From positions 107,572-171,571 of the forward strand of contig JBMFRB010000006.1 in NCBI GenBank assembly GCA_049968255.1: a stretch of DNA of 64,000 nucleotides. The letters are read 5' to 3'. Below the pieces are notes generated by a model. That model did not search any database. It saw nothing but the letters and a program-made list of their open reading frames with translations, and was not told the origin of the DNA. Position 1 is the stretch's first letter. Every line of letters starts with the position of its first letter. The DNA comes from Candidatus Sumerlaeaceae bacterium. GTDB taxonomy: Bacteria > Sumerlaeota > Sumerlaeia > Sumerlaeales > Sumerlaeaceae. The position numbers and the translations under genes were made by a program. Below, piece after piece: positions 11,062 to 20,354 of this stretch.

Positions 11062-12645
11062 TTAGTAAAGTGGTTCCTTCGGGCGCGCCTGTTTGACAGA
11101 ATCTGGCGGCTTTGCGCAACGTTCATAGAGAAGCAGCATGGACCAGATACGGCGTGCGAGGTCATGCGTGAGCTGGCCTTCGGTGAGTCGCCAAGTCCAG
11201 TTGCCTTCCGCGCGGCCAGGGAAATTCATTCGTGCATCCGAATCAAGCCCCAGAAAGTCCTGGGCGGGTACAATTGCCGTGTTGGCAACTGACATGAAGC
11301 TGGCGCGGATAAGATCCCAATTGGCCGCATTGCCGTCGGTGGCGAGATAGAGCTGCATGCACGTGCGCTCCTCGGGTTTTGAGCTGTGCCGCCACCAACC
11401 GATCGTCGTGTCGTTGTCATGTGTTCCGGTATAGACCACTGTGTTGGCGTCGTGATGATGCAGCATGAAGGGATTGTTGGGATCTGGGACAAAAGGATCT
11501 GTCGTGATGACCGACCAAGCAAACTGCATGACACGCATCCCGGGAAAACCGAATTCTTTGCGAACGGCAACGACATCGGTTGTGATTTCGCCGAGGTCTT
11601 CTGCAATAATGGGAAGTGAGCCAAGATAGCGTTTGAGCACTTCAAAGAGTTTGCGGCCTGGCCCACGAACCCACTGACCAGTTTCTGCAGTGGGACTACC
11701 ATAGGGCACGCTCCAATAGCCCATGAAACCGCGAAAATGATCGAGGCGAACGATGTCCACGAGAGCAAAAATCGAGCGCATGCGATCCACCCACCACTCG
11801 AAGCCCTGGCGCTCCATGAGCTTCCAATTGTAGATGGGATTGCCCCAGAGCTGGCCCGTGACACTGAAATAATCCGGCGGAACGCCGGCCACGTGGGTGG
11901 GAGTGCCGTGTTCATCCAGGAGGAAGAGCTCTTGGTGAGCCCACACGTCCGCGCTGTCGTAGGCGACATAGATGGGGGCGTCGCCGATCATCTCGATGCC
12001 ACGGCGATGGCACTCGGCGCGAAGAGCATCCCATTGGCGAAAGAAGAGAAATTGTGCGAAGCGATGATAGTCGATGAGCTCTGCAAATTGCTTGCGGGCT
12101 TTTTGCAGCGCTGATTTGCGGAATGAGCACAACTCCGGTTCCCAAGTGTACCACGGCGCACCGCCATGGGAATCCTTGCACGCCATGAAGAGGGCAAAAT
12201 CATCAAGCCACTTGGCAACATCCTGGCGTGCGGCAAACCGCACGAACTCTTCGCGAAGCCATGTGAATTTGTCGTCAAAGAACCGGCGAAATGCCTTTTG
12301 CAAAAGCTCACGCTTCCACTGAATCACCCAGCCATAGTCCACGCGATGCGCGGGAAATGGGGGAGGCGAGATTTCCTCGGGGGTCAACAGCCCCTCGGCC
12401 ACAAGCTGCTCGGGACTGATGAGCAGGGGGTTCCCGGCAAAAGCCGAAAAACACTGGTAGGGGCTGTCGCCAAAACTTGTGGGCCCAAGCGGAAGAACTT
12501 GCCAATACGCAAGGCCCGCCGACTGCATCCACTCAAGGAAGCGGTAAGCTTGCGGGCCAAGATCCCCAATTCCGAAGGGTCCCGGCAGGCTCGTCGGGTG
12601 CAACAGGATTCCAGCAAGACGCCGATCCAGCGGCATAAGATCCAT
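11062..12645 (-). CDS. malQ: 4-alpha-glucanotransferase (amylomaltase, GH77)
   Basis: N-terminus GILLHPTSLPGPFGIGDLG and GH77 catalytic region. 527 aa. Confidence 0.9.
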   Translation of the reverse strand: MDLMPLDRRLAGILLHPTSLPGPFGIGDLGPQAYRFLEWMQSAGLAYWQVLPLGPTSFGDSPYQCFSAFAGNPLLISPEQLVAEGLLTPEEISPPPFPAHRVDYGWVIQWKRELLQKAFRRFFDDKFTWLREEFVRFAARQDVAKWLDDFALFMACKDSHGGAPWYTWEPELCSFRKSALQKARKQFAELIDYHRFAQFLFFRQWDALRAECHRRGIEMIGDAPIYVAYDSADVWAHQELFLLDEHGTPTHVAGVPPDYFSVTGQLWGNPIYNWKLMERQGFEWWVDRMRSIFALVDIVRLDHFRGFMGYWSVPYGSPTAETGQWVRGPGRKLFEVLKRYLGSLPIIAEDLGEITTDVVAVRKEFGFPGMRVMQFAWSVITTDPFVPDPNNPFMLHHHDANTVVYTGTHDNDTTIGWWRHSSKPEERTCMQLYLATDGNAANWDLIRASFMSVANTAIVPAQDFLGLDSDARMNFPGRAEGNWTWRLTEGQLTHDLARRIWSMLLLYERCAKPPDSVKQARPKEPLY

Positions 12646-12744
12646 CGCTCCTGAACGAAAATCAAGCGGCCCGTCATACGAGCCCGATTTGCGTAACAGC
12701 GCGAGGGGGAAGGTATTCTTGAACTTGCAGTGCGCCGCGCGATC

Positions 12745-13194
12745 TCAGGGGATATCGCGGCCCTCTGTGGTGAGAACAATGCGACCATGCTTGACGCCCT
12801 TGCTGGCAACGAGCTCATCCGCGAGCGCCCGCACACGGCCCGCCTCGCCACGAAGAATCACGACTTCAAGGCAATTGTCATTGTCGAGATGCACGTGCGT
12901 GGCTGAGACGACTAGGTCGGTGTGGTGATGTTGCAAGTCACCGAGACGCTCTGACACTTGGTGGTTGTGGTGATCATAGACTAGCGTCACCGTAGCAGCC
13001 ACCTTGCCTTTTGCGTCGCGCCATTGTTCCTCCACAAGTTTTGCTCGGATGAGATCGCGAATGGCCTCGCTCCGGTTTGCATACCCTTGTTTTGCAATAA
13101 GCTGATCGAACTTTGCGAGAAGTCTCGCATCCATGGAAACCGTGTAGCGAGCCGCTCCCCGCTCGTTGGACTCTTTTTTCACCAAAGCACTCAC
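12745..13194 (-). CDS. nikR: nickel-responsive transcriptional regulator NikR
   Basis: N-terminal ribbon-helix-helix RYTVSMDARLLAKFDQLIAKQGYANRSEAIRDLIR. C-terminal nickel site with a HHH..D..V.ATHVHLDNDNCLEVVILRG arrangement matching NikR. Confidence 0.88.
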   Translation of the reverse strand: MSALVKKESNERGAARYTVSMDARLLAKFDQLIAKQGYANRSEAIRDLIRAKLVEEQWRDAKGKVAATVTLVYDHHNHQVSERLGDLQHHHTDLVVSATHVHLDNDNCLEVVILRGEAGRVRALADELVASKGVKHGRIVLTTEGRDIP

Positions 13195-13447
13195 CTCAGA
13201 GTTTCAACTTTTGTCGCTGACCACATCTACTGTGTATGCTGCGCAAATCAGCGTTTTCAATTGTTCAGAGTATCGCCCGCTTCTGGACTGCCACATTTTC
13301 CTCATGCTCTACGGAAAGCTAACCGAAAACGAAGGTTCAAGCTCGCGCGGGAGGCAGTATGCTTAGAGTTGAATAAAAATTGGTGGGATTTTGTTGCATT
13401 GCAGTGTCATACGATTTTTAAAAACGTGTGAAAGGAGATTGTTTTCG

Positions 13448-14080
13448 ATGTTCATGTCCCACCGCAGTACCTTCTCGTCGCGTTCCAGAGCATTCACGCT
13501 CATTGAGCTGCTTATTGTGGTCGCCATCATTGCGATTCTTGCGGCCATTGCTGTGCCAAATTTCTTAGAAGCACAAGTGCGCTCGAAAGTGGCGCGCTGC
13601 AAGGCCGACATGCGGTCGATGGCTACAGCTGTAGAGTCGTACGCCGTGGACAACAACACGTATCCTCTCTACGGTCAGATCAAACCGGACAACTCGGTTT
13701 ACGAGCCAGCAACAACCGTGGGTATGTACGACAAAAATGAATTCCCGATGTATACCATCACCACGCCGATTGCCTATATCACGTCGCGTTTTGAGGATCC
13801 CTTTGCGACGAAAATTCCAGGACCCGAGCCATACATTCGCTACATCAACTATATCAACCTACCATATCACCTGTACACATTGAACAATCCAATGTCTGAA
13901 GCAGATAAGCAGGATATTCTCAACAAGTCCGGACAGTGGCGGATGATTGCTTGCGGGCCAGACGGCGACCGGGGCGCGGATGCGAAGCTCAACATTATTT
14001 ATGATCCGACCAATGGGACAGTCAGCAATGGCGACATCGTGCGAACGCAAAAGTACAGTGAAAGCGTGCCACGGCAGTGA
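13448..14080 (+). CDS. prepilin-type N-terminal cleavage/methylation domain protein, GspG-like pseudopilin
   Basis: Class III signal FTLIELLIVVAIIAILAAIAVPNF and a C-terminus GPDGDRGAD...SNGDIV resembling GspG. Start set at ATG 13448, preceded by an AAAGGAG RBS. Confidence 0.75.
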   Translation: MFMSHRSTFSSRSRAFTLIELLIVVAIIAILAAIAVPNFLEAQVRSKVARCKADMRSMATAVESYAVDNNTYPLYGQIKPDNSVYEPATTVGMYDKNEFPMYTITTPIAYITSRFEDPFATKIPGPEPYIRYINYINLPYHLYTLNNPMSEADKQDILNKSGQWRMIACGPDGDRGADAKLNIIYDPTNGTVSNGDIVRTQKYSESVPRQ

Positions 14081-14185
14081 GGCAACTGTGCTTGCGTGTG
14101 GCGCGTAAGCTCTGTATAAAGGCCATAGCCAAAATAGAGCTTGGGTTTGCTCTCGACGATATGCAACGGAGGAAGGACTTGGGCA

Positions 14186-14749
14186 ATGCACGATTCACCC
14201 TATGAACATAGTCATGGTTCGGCAGAATTTTCCGTACGAGTCGTGCGGAAAGCAGCAAGCGGCCCTAACGTATGGAATCGAGGCAAGGAGCCAGCCGACT
14301 GGTGGCAAGAGCTCATCAATAGGCATGGTCACGTCGGACCTTGGAACGTCCTCGGCTATCGGATGGGTCGATACATCTTGCGTGAGCTAGGAACACCGTG
14401 GGGTAGTCACGAATACGTGATTACAGCTCACATTCCTCCGACGACACCTTATTCGTGTATTCTCGATGGCCTAGCCGTAGGTACGGGCAACAGTGAAGGG
14501 CGGCTCGACCTGTTGTGGGCGGAGGTTGCTCTGCCCGAGCTCACCCACGTTAGCGTGCGTCGCGCGTCGGATCGCAAACTGCTGCTCGTGTTTCTTCCGC
14601 GTCCTGAATATCTGGAGCGCATTAGCCAAGGAACGGTGCGTGACCTCGAGCAGCAGTCACGCGAGTGCGAAAAGCTCGCAGAGAGCGAACTTTTCGAAGT
14701 GCGCTGGTTGGAGCCAGCGCTACAGGGGCCTAGTTATTTGCGTTTATAG
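14186..14749 (+). CDS. hypothetical protein with weak FmdE-like motif
   Basis: HGHVGPWNVLGYRMGRY resembles the FmdE HGH.CPG..G.R core but lacks the Cys. Start moved to ATG 14186 after a GGAGGAAGG RBS. Confidence 0.3.
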   Translation: MHDSPYEHSHGSAEFSVRVVRKAASGPNVWNRGKEPADWWQELINRHGHVGPWNVLGYRMGRYILRELGTPWGSHEYVITAHIPPTTPYSCILDGLAVGTGNSEGRLDLLWAEVALPELTHVSVRRASDRKLLLVFLPRPEYLERISQGTVRDLEQQSRECEKLAESELFEVRWLEPALQGPSYLRL

Positions 14750-15303
14750 CGCCCCATCAGCATGCCCTCAGCGAGAATGTGGCCTTTCATGGCGTCGAGC
14801 AATTGGGCCTTTGTTAGGCCTGCGGGTTTGCCAAGAACAACATCGAGTGCGTAGACTTTGAAATAGTAACGGTGGGTGCCGCTGGGCGGACACGGCCCGC
14901 CATAGCCAAGGCGACGAAAATCGGTTATCCCTTGCTTGGCTCCATTCGGAAGCTCGCCGACCTTTGGTAGGTTCTCGGGAAAGGTCGGCGAGCTGACGGG
15001 CCAGTCGTACAACACCCAGTGGACCCAGGTACCGCGCGGTGCATCGGGATCATCACTGATAAGGGCGAAGCTTTTTGCGCCCTGGGGAATTCCGTTGATC
15101 TGAAGTGGCGGCGACACATCAGCACCATCGCAAGTATACTTGCTGGGAATCATTTCGCCTTCCGCGAACGCAGGGCTTGTGACTGTGAGTTTCATAGTTT
15201 GACCTCCGGTGGTTTCGGACGCGTTGACTAGAATGGTGACGCAAAGCAAAGCGCCAACACACAGGGGGACCAGGATTTTCACGGGTGTGCGGCTGGCTCT
15301 CAT
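14734..15303 (-). CDS. YbhB/YbcL family Raf-kinase-inhibitor-like (PEBP) protein, secreted
   Basis: Signal peptide, then PEBP core (DPDAPRGTWVHWVLYD...GYGGPCPPSGTHRYYFKVYALD). Confidence 0.8.
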   Translation of the reverse strand: MRASRTPVKILVPLCVGALLCVTILVNASETTGGQTMKLTVTSPAFAEGEMIPSKYTCDGADVSPPLQINGIPQGAKSFALISDDPDAPRGTWVHWVLYDWPVSSPTFPENLPKVGELPNGAKQGITDFRRLGYGGPCPPSGTHRYYFKVYALDVVLGKPAGLTKAQLLDAMKGHILAEGMLMGRYKRK

Positions 15304-15363
15304 TCAGAACCTCCTTCTGCGGGTTTTCTTACCGCAATTGAGTTTGACGAAACGCTTTCGATT

Positions 15364-15801
15364 TTGCAACCAAAAGGACTCGTGACGAAAACATTCATTC
15401 CCGTATGTCCGGTGTGCGATAAGCCCATGGTAACGCTCGAATGGAAGGGCGTGGAAATTGACTACTGCCTTGCGTGCCAAGGAGTGTGGTTGGATCGGGG
15501 GGAGCTGCAAAACATTGTGGGGGACAATGCGTCGGAGCTGGAGGAGCGGCTTCGCGGCAAGCGGCAGACGTCCCCGAAAAGTAAGTCGAAGCGGCTGTGT
15601 CCACGCTGCGATGGGCGGCTTGTCGAATTTATGGTCGATACAGGTCAAGGCGAGCCATTGAGTCTGGATCGGTGTCCGCGCGACCACGGGTTTTGGTTCG
15701 ACGGCAACGAATTGGAGACGTATCTTCGGAACGTCGTAATCAGCCAAAGCAATGCTGAGCGGCTCCGTTCTTTCTTGAAAGAGGTCTTCGGCCACGAGTA
15801 A
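15364..15801 (+). CDS. tandem zinc-ribbon domain protein
   Basis: Two repeats of CPxC...C..C.G.W.D..EL (CPVCDKPM...CLACQGVWLDRGEL; CPRCDGRL...CPRDHGFWFDGNEL). Confidence 0.6.
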   Translation: MQPKGLVTKTFIPVCPVCDKPMVTLEWKGVEIDYCLACQGVWLDRGELQNIVGDNASELEERLRGKRQTSPKSKSKRLCPRCDGRLVEFMVDTGQGEPLSLDRCPRDHGFWFDGNELETYLRNVVISQSNAERLRSFLKEVFGHE

Positions 15802-15848
15802 CGAAGTGAGAAACGGTTACTCCATCATCTTCTCAGGCGGAGGCTAAC

Positions 15849-16412
15849 ATGGGAGTCGTGACAGGAGTTCTCCTCGTTGTTCTGATCTTGGCGATTTTGT
15901 GGGTGATTGGGACTTACAACTCGCTCGTCGCCATGCGCACAGAAATTGACAATGCTTGGGCGCAGATTGACGTGCAATTGAAGCGCCGGTACGATCTCAT
16001 TCCTAACCTCGTGGAAACGGTGAAGGGCTACGCAGCCCACGAGCGTGAGACGTTGGAAAAGGTCATCCAAGCACGCAATATGGCTATGCAAGCCCAGGGC
16101 GTGGCACAAAAAGCTGAAGCCGAGAATATGCTGACGAGCACGCTACGTTCGATCTTCGCTCTGGCGGAAGCGTATCCGAATCTGAAAGCCAATGAAAACT
16201 TCCTGGCACTACAAGAGGAACTCAGCTCGACGGAGAATCGCATCGCGTTTGCACGCCAGTATTACAACGACAGCGTGATGCGTTACAATGCCCGCATCCA
16301 ACAGTTTCCGGCAAACATCGTGGCGAACATGTTTGGCTTCGCGCGTCGGGACTTCTTTGAGGTACAGAATCCAGCTCAACGCGAGGCCCCCAGCGTGAAA
16401 TTCACGGCGTGA
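15849..16412 (+). CDS. lemA: LemA family protein
   Basis: N-terminal TM plus the conserved LemA region GTYNSLV..R..ID.AWAQIDVQLKRRYDLIPNLVETVKGYA.HE. GGAGG RBS. Confidence 0.85.
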   Translation: MGVVTGVLLVVLILAILWVIGTYNSLVAMRTEIDNAWAQIDVQLKRRYDLIPNLVETVKGYAAHERETLEKVIQARNMAMQAQGVAQKAEAENMLTSTLRSIFALAEAYPNLKANENFLALQEELSSTENRIAFARQYYNDSVMRYNARIQQFPANIVANMFGFARRDFFEVQNPAQREAPSVKFTA

Positions 16413-16445
16413 TGAGATCTCTGCCCGAGGCCAACGAGTAGAACT

Positions 16446-17990
16446 GTGTGGGAACAGATCGCGGCGAATAAACGACGTTCCGCTTTTCTGCTGACATTGC
16501 TATTTATCCTGATGATCGCCCTGGGGCTAGTCATCGGACTCATCTTTGCTCCGCCGAAAGACGAGAACGACCAGCAGTGGGCAGTGATCGGCTTTATTAT
16601 CGGTGGGATAGTGTTCCTGATTCAGTACTCCGTGTACGCGCTCTCGCCGCAGACGGTTGTCTTTAGTGGCTTCCAGGTTCAGGAGGTAAAAAAGGAGGAC
16701 ATTCCGCAACTGATCAACGTTGTGGAAGAGATGACGATCGCTTCTGGGCTGGGGAAGATGCCGCGCGTTTATCTCATCTTCGATCAAGCGCCAAACGCAT
16801 TTGCCTTCGGACGTGGGGAGAAAGCGTCCGTGGCGGTGACGACGGGACTGCTGGAGATGCTCGACCGCGATGAGCTGCAAGGGGTGATCGCCCACGAGAT
16901 TGGCCACATTCGCAACCGCGACATTGATTTCATGACGCTGGCTGCTGTGATGCTCGGGACGATAATCGTTTTGAGCGAGATAGCTTATCGTGCGTTATAC
17001 GTGGGTGCACGCATAGGGGGGCGATCGAGTTCACGATCATCGCGCCGTAGCAGCGGCGGGGCAGAAGCGATCATTTTGCTGGCAGCATTAGTTTTTATGG
17101 TGGTTGCGCCGCTCATCGCCCAACTCCTGTACTTCGCTAGCTCGCGGCGGCGCGAGTACCTTGCAGACGCCAGCGCGGCTATCTTCACGCGCTATCCGGA
17201 GGGACTGGCGCGGGCGCTGGAAAAAATCGCTTACTCTCCGCGGAAAATGGCTCAAGTGAATAAGGCTGTGGCCCCACTTTTCATCGTGAATCCTTTTAAG
17301 AGCCTCAACGCGGACAGCATCTTTTCCACGCATCCTCCGGTCGAAAAGCGCATTAGGATTTTACGCAGTATGGCCGGTGCGTCGCTGACCGACTATCAGC
17401 AGGCTGCGCAACGGGTGCTTGGGCGCCCGATTCTTCGGAGCAGGAGCGCCGAGGAAAGCGCCTCGCAGTCGATGCGCGCTCCTCAGCATGTGGCCGAAAC
17501 GATCGGTGCTGCTGCAGTTTTGGCCGCTTCCGATTTGCATCGGATGCTGGGTGGTTACCGGATGGTGACCTGCCCGTTGTGCGGATTGACGATCAAGGTG
17601 CCGCCAACTCATGAAGCTGAAACGATGACATGCCCGCGCTGTGGGCATGTCATTGCGCTGCCGCCGCCGGGGGTGGTCGCTACCGACATCAGCAAGGTGG
17701 GCGGCAGCGGCCTAGGGCGGTGGGATCAAGCTGCAACGCGGAGTCATTCAATCGAGGAGACGAGCGTGCCCACAGTGGCAGCTGAAGCAGCTCCTGCGAT
17801 CCCGCCAGCCCAAGATGTCATGCTTCCGGTAGCCAGGCAGCGAGGGCGCTGGCAAAAATTGGATTGTCCTATCTGCGGGCAAACGATTCAATTGAGTCCG
17901 GCTTTTTCCGCAAGATGGATCCGTTGCCCGAAATGTCACTCCAAGCTCATGTTTCCAAATGTAGAACTAGGGGCAAGCGCGTCGGCGTAA
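16446..17990 (+). CDS. htpX: M48 family zinc metallopeptidase (HtpX homolog) with C-terminal double zinc-ribbon extension
   Basis: TM helices flank an HEIGH motif (GVIAHEIGHIRNRD). C-terminal roughly 150 aa hold two CxxC...CxxC pairs (CPLCG..CPRCG; CPICGQ..CPKCH). GTG start. Confidence 0.8.
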   Translation: MWEQIAANKRRSAFLLTLLFILMIALGLVIGLIFAPPKDENDQQWAVIGFIIGGIVFLIQYSVYALSPQTVVFSGFQVQEVKKEDIPQLINVVEEMTIASGLGKMPRVYLIFDQAPNAFAFGRGEKASVAVTTGLLEMLDRDELQGVIAHEIGHIRNRDIDFMTLAAVMLGTIIVLSEIAYRALYVGARIGGRSSSRSSRRSSGGAEAIILLAALVFMVVAPLIAQLLYFASSRRREYLADASAAIFTRYPEGLARALEKIAYSPRKMAQVNKAVAPLFIVNPFKSLNADSIFSTHPPVEKRIRILRSMAGASLTDYQQAAQRVLGRPILRSRSAEESASQSMRAPQHVAETIGAAAVLAASDLHRMLGGYRMVTCPLCGLTIKVPPTHEAETMTCPRCGHVIALPPPGVVATDISKVGGSGLGRWDQAATRSHSIEETSVPTVAAEAAPAIPPAQDVMLPVARQRGRWQKLDCPICGQTIQLSPAFSARWIRCPKCHSKLMFPNVELGASASA

Positions 17991-18060
17991 GCCCATGCGC
18001 CCGCGTCGGTGGGCGCGGTGCGCGCAAATAACGGCAAGTCGGTGCCAGTAGCTTCTTGGC

Positions 18061-19026
18061 ATGAGACGGCAACCAAAACCACGAGCCGATACGGCGCGCT
18101 ACTTTGAGGCTCTGTTTTATCGCTATCACCGGCCTGAGCTGTTGGCAGCGGATCCGCTCAGTATTGTGCATCGGTTTGAGGATCCTGCCGACCGTGAAAT
18201 TGCTGCCCTTTTGAGCGCTCTTCTCGCGTATGGAGGCGTGAAGCAGATCAATGGCTCCCTGAATAGTCTTTTCGGGTGTGTGTCGTGGAAACCTGCCAGG
18301 TTTCTCGAACATTTTGATTTTCGCGATGCATGCGTAGCGCTCGAAAATTTCAAATACCGCTTCAACGACGGCGAGGACATTGCGGCCCTTCTGTGGCTTG
18401 TCCGCAGGACGCAGGAAGAGTTTGGTTCGTTGGAAAACGCATTTCTTCGGTTCGACGGGGAGGAGGATTACGCTGGTGCGCTGATCGGCGTACTCAACCA
18501 ATGGCTTGCCTGGTTACGTCGATCGCCGCGACTGCGTCGGCTGAAGGACAAGCGCTCTCTTGTGCACTTATTGGCCACGCCGGAGCGTGGGAGTGCCTGC
18601 AAGCGATGGTTCCTTTTTCTGCGCTGGGTGGTGCGCCCGCCCGATGGAGTGGATTTGGGACTGTGGCGGCGCTGCGACCCAGGCAAGTTACTCTACCCCG
18701 TCGATCGGCATGTTCTGCGCATTGCTAACAACGTGGGAATTGTGCGTGCGACCTCTGCGACACTCAAGGTGGCTCGCGTCATCACTCATTTTTTCCGCAC
18801 ACTTGATGTGCGTGATCCTGTGCGCTTTGATTTCGCGCTTTGTCATTTGGGCATCGTGGGGGCTTGTCCTACCACGCCGGACATAGGTGCATGCAACACC
18901 TGCGAATTGGCATCGGTATGCCAATTGCGCTCACGCCTTGCGTCGCATGGGATGAAGCAGCATCTCAGCTCTCTCGAATTTGCTTCGCGCGCGCAAGAAT
19001 TCGCGCCGAAACGCCGAGGACGTTGA
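18061..19026 (+). CDS. DUF2400/TIGR02757-like protein with C-terminal Cys-x8-Cys-x2-Cys-x5-Cys cluster
   Basis: DPLSIVHRF...REIAALLSALLAYG resembles the conserved N-terminus of the TIGR02757 family. The C-terminal CPTTPDIGACNTCELASVC resembles the [4Fe-4S] loop of EndoIII-like glycosylases. 3' tail overlaps argG convergently. Confidence 0.5.
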   Translation: MRRQPKPRADTARYFEALFYRYHRPELLAADPLSIVHRFEDPADREIAALLSALLAYGGVKQINGSLNSLFGCVSWKPARFLEHFDFRDACVALENFKYRFNDGEDIAALLWLVRRTQEEFGSLENAFLRFDGEEDYAGALIGVLNQWLAWLRRSPRLRRLKDKRSLVHLLATPERGSACKRWFLFLRWVVRPPDGVDLGLWRRCDPGKLLYPVDRHVLRIANNVGIVRATSATLKVARVITHFFRTLDVRDPVRFDFALCHLGIVGACPTTPDIGACNTCELASVCQLRSRLASHGMKQHLSSLEFASRAQEFAPKRRGR

Positions 19027-20206
19027 GGAATCCCTCGGAATCAGCGTGGTTGAATTCGCCGACTTTTTCCATGGAGGCTGCTGTCTCGGAGTAGACGCAG
19101 TGTGGCACGTCCTTAGCTGCGGCGAAGGTTGCGTGTCCCTTGTAGAGGTGGAGCTCAATCGTGCCGGTGGCAAGGTGAGTGAACGCGCCCACAGCGGCTT
19201 TGGCTGCGGCGGAGCCCGGATCGAACCAATACCCCTGATAAATCTGCTCTGCGAGATAGCTGGAGAGGAAATCAAACAGTCTCCGGGCGCGACGATCGAG
19301 CAGAAGTTGAAGCAGGTATTCGTAAGCTTTGCCGAGCACTTGCATGCCGGGAGTTTCGTAGACACCGCGCGATTTGATGCCCACAAAGCGGTTTTCCACA
19401 AGATGGAGCCCAATGCCTACAGCGTTACGTCCGCCGGCCGCGTTTGCGTGCTGGAACGCTTCGAGAATGTTCACAGAGTGGCCATTAATGGCCACAGGCA
19501 CACCTTCTTCAAAACGCACAGCAAACCGCTCAGGTTTGTCAGGCGCCGCCGTCGGAAGCACGCCGAATTCTGGTTCGATTGCGTGTGCGCCAACCTCAAG
19601 CGATTCAAGTTTCCCTGCCTCATGCGTTAGCCCCAACAGATTCGCGTCGGTGCTGTAGGGCTTGGCGTGGCTGGCTTTGATTGGAATGCCGCGTTGAAGA
19701 CAAAAATCTATCATCTCTTTTCGCCCACCGAAAGCTTTGAGGAAAGCGTCGTCGCGCCATGGAGCATAGACCTGAAAATCTGGCTCAAGCATATTGGTGA
19801 CGATTTGGAAGCGGACCTGATCGTTGCCTCGCCCCGTTGCTCCATGGCTCAAAATTGTGATGCCGCGCTCACGCATGAAGCGCAGGAGAAGTTTTGTGGT
19901 GACGTGGCGCGCAATACCAGTGGTGTTCCAGTAATCGCCTTCATATTTAGCTTGTGCATGAATGACGGCGAGCCCCTCGCGCGCGAGCGCCTCACGGCCA
20001 TCGAGAATGTGTGCTTCAGCTGCTCCGGAGGCCAACATGCGCTGCCGCACAAGTTCAAGGTCAGGATCGTCGGGCTGACCCAGGTCAAGTGTGACGCAGA
20101 CCACACGGACTCCGTTATCGGTGAGCCAGCGCGTAATGGTGCAACTGTCGAGTCCGCCGGAGGCTGCAAATGCGATCGTTTTTCCACGCAGATCTTCAAG
20201 GCGCAT
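18965..20206 (-). CDS. argG: argininosuccinate synthase
   Basis: N-terminus AFAASGGLDSCTITRWL (PP-loop). Full-length ArgG, 413 aa. Confidence 0.92.
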   Translation of the reverse strand: MRLEDLRGKTIAFAASGGLDSCTITRWLTDNGVRVVCVTLDLGQPDDPDLELVRQRMLASGAAEAHILDGREALAREGLAVIHAQAKYEGDYWNTTGIARHVTTKLLLRFMRERGITILSHGATGRGNDQVRFQIVTNMLEPDFQVYAPWRDDAFLKAFGGRKEMIDFCLQRGIPIKASHAKPYSTDANLLGLTHEAGKLESLEVGAHAIEPEFGVLPTAAPDKPERFAVRFEEGVPVAINGHSVNILEAFQHANAAGGRNAVGIGLHLVENRFVGIKSRGVYETPGMQVLGKAYEYLLQLLLDRRARRLFDFLSSYLAEQIYQGYWFDPGSAAAKAAVGAFTHLATGTIELHLYKGHATFAAAKDVPHCVYSETAASMEKVGEFNHADSEGFLNVLGVSARILARAKQIRES

Positions 20207-20354
20207 AATTTCTCTCTGTCCTCTCCAAACGGTTGCGAATGCTGCGAGTATTTGCGGCGGCGACGATGAAGGTTGAATTGTCTGGCGTTTGCCTGCCGAT
20301 CACCGCTTTCTAACTTCGTGAAGCTTAATTGTTCGGTCTCTCCTACGCTGGCAT

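Noticed and set aside
20268-20330. ARG-box-like half sites (TGAAT / ATTCA) upstream of argG
   Set aside because: Half-sites are about 48 nt apart and do not form an 18-bp ARG box palindrome.
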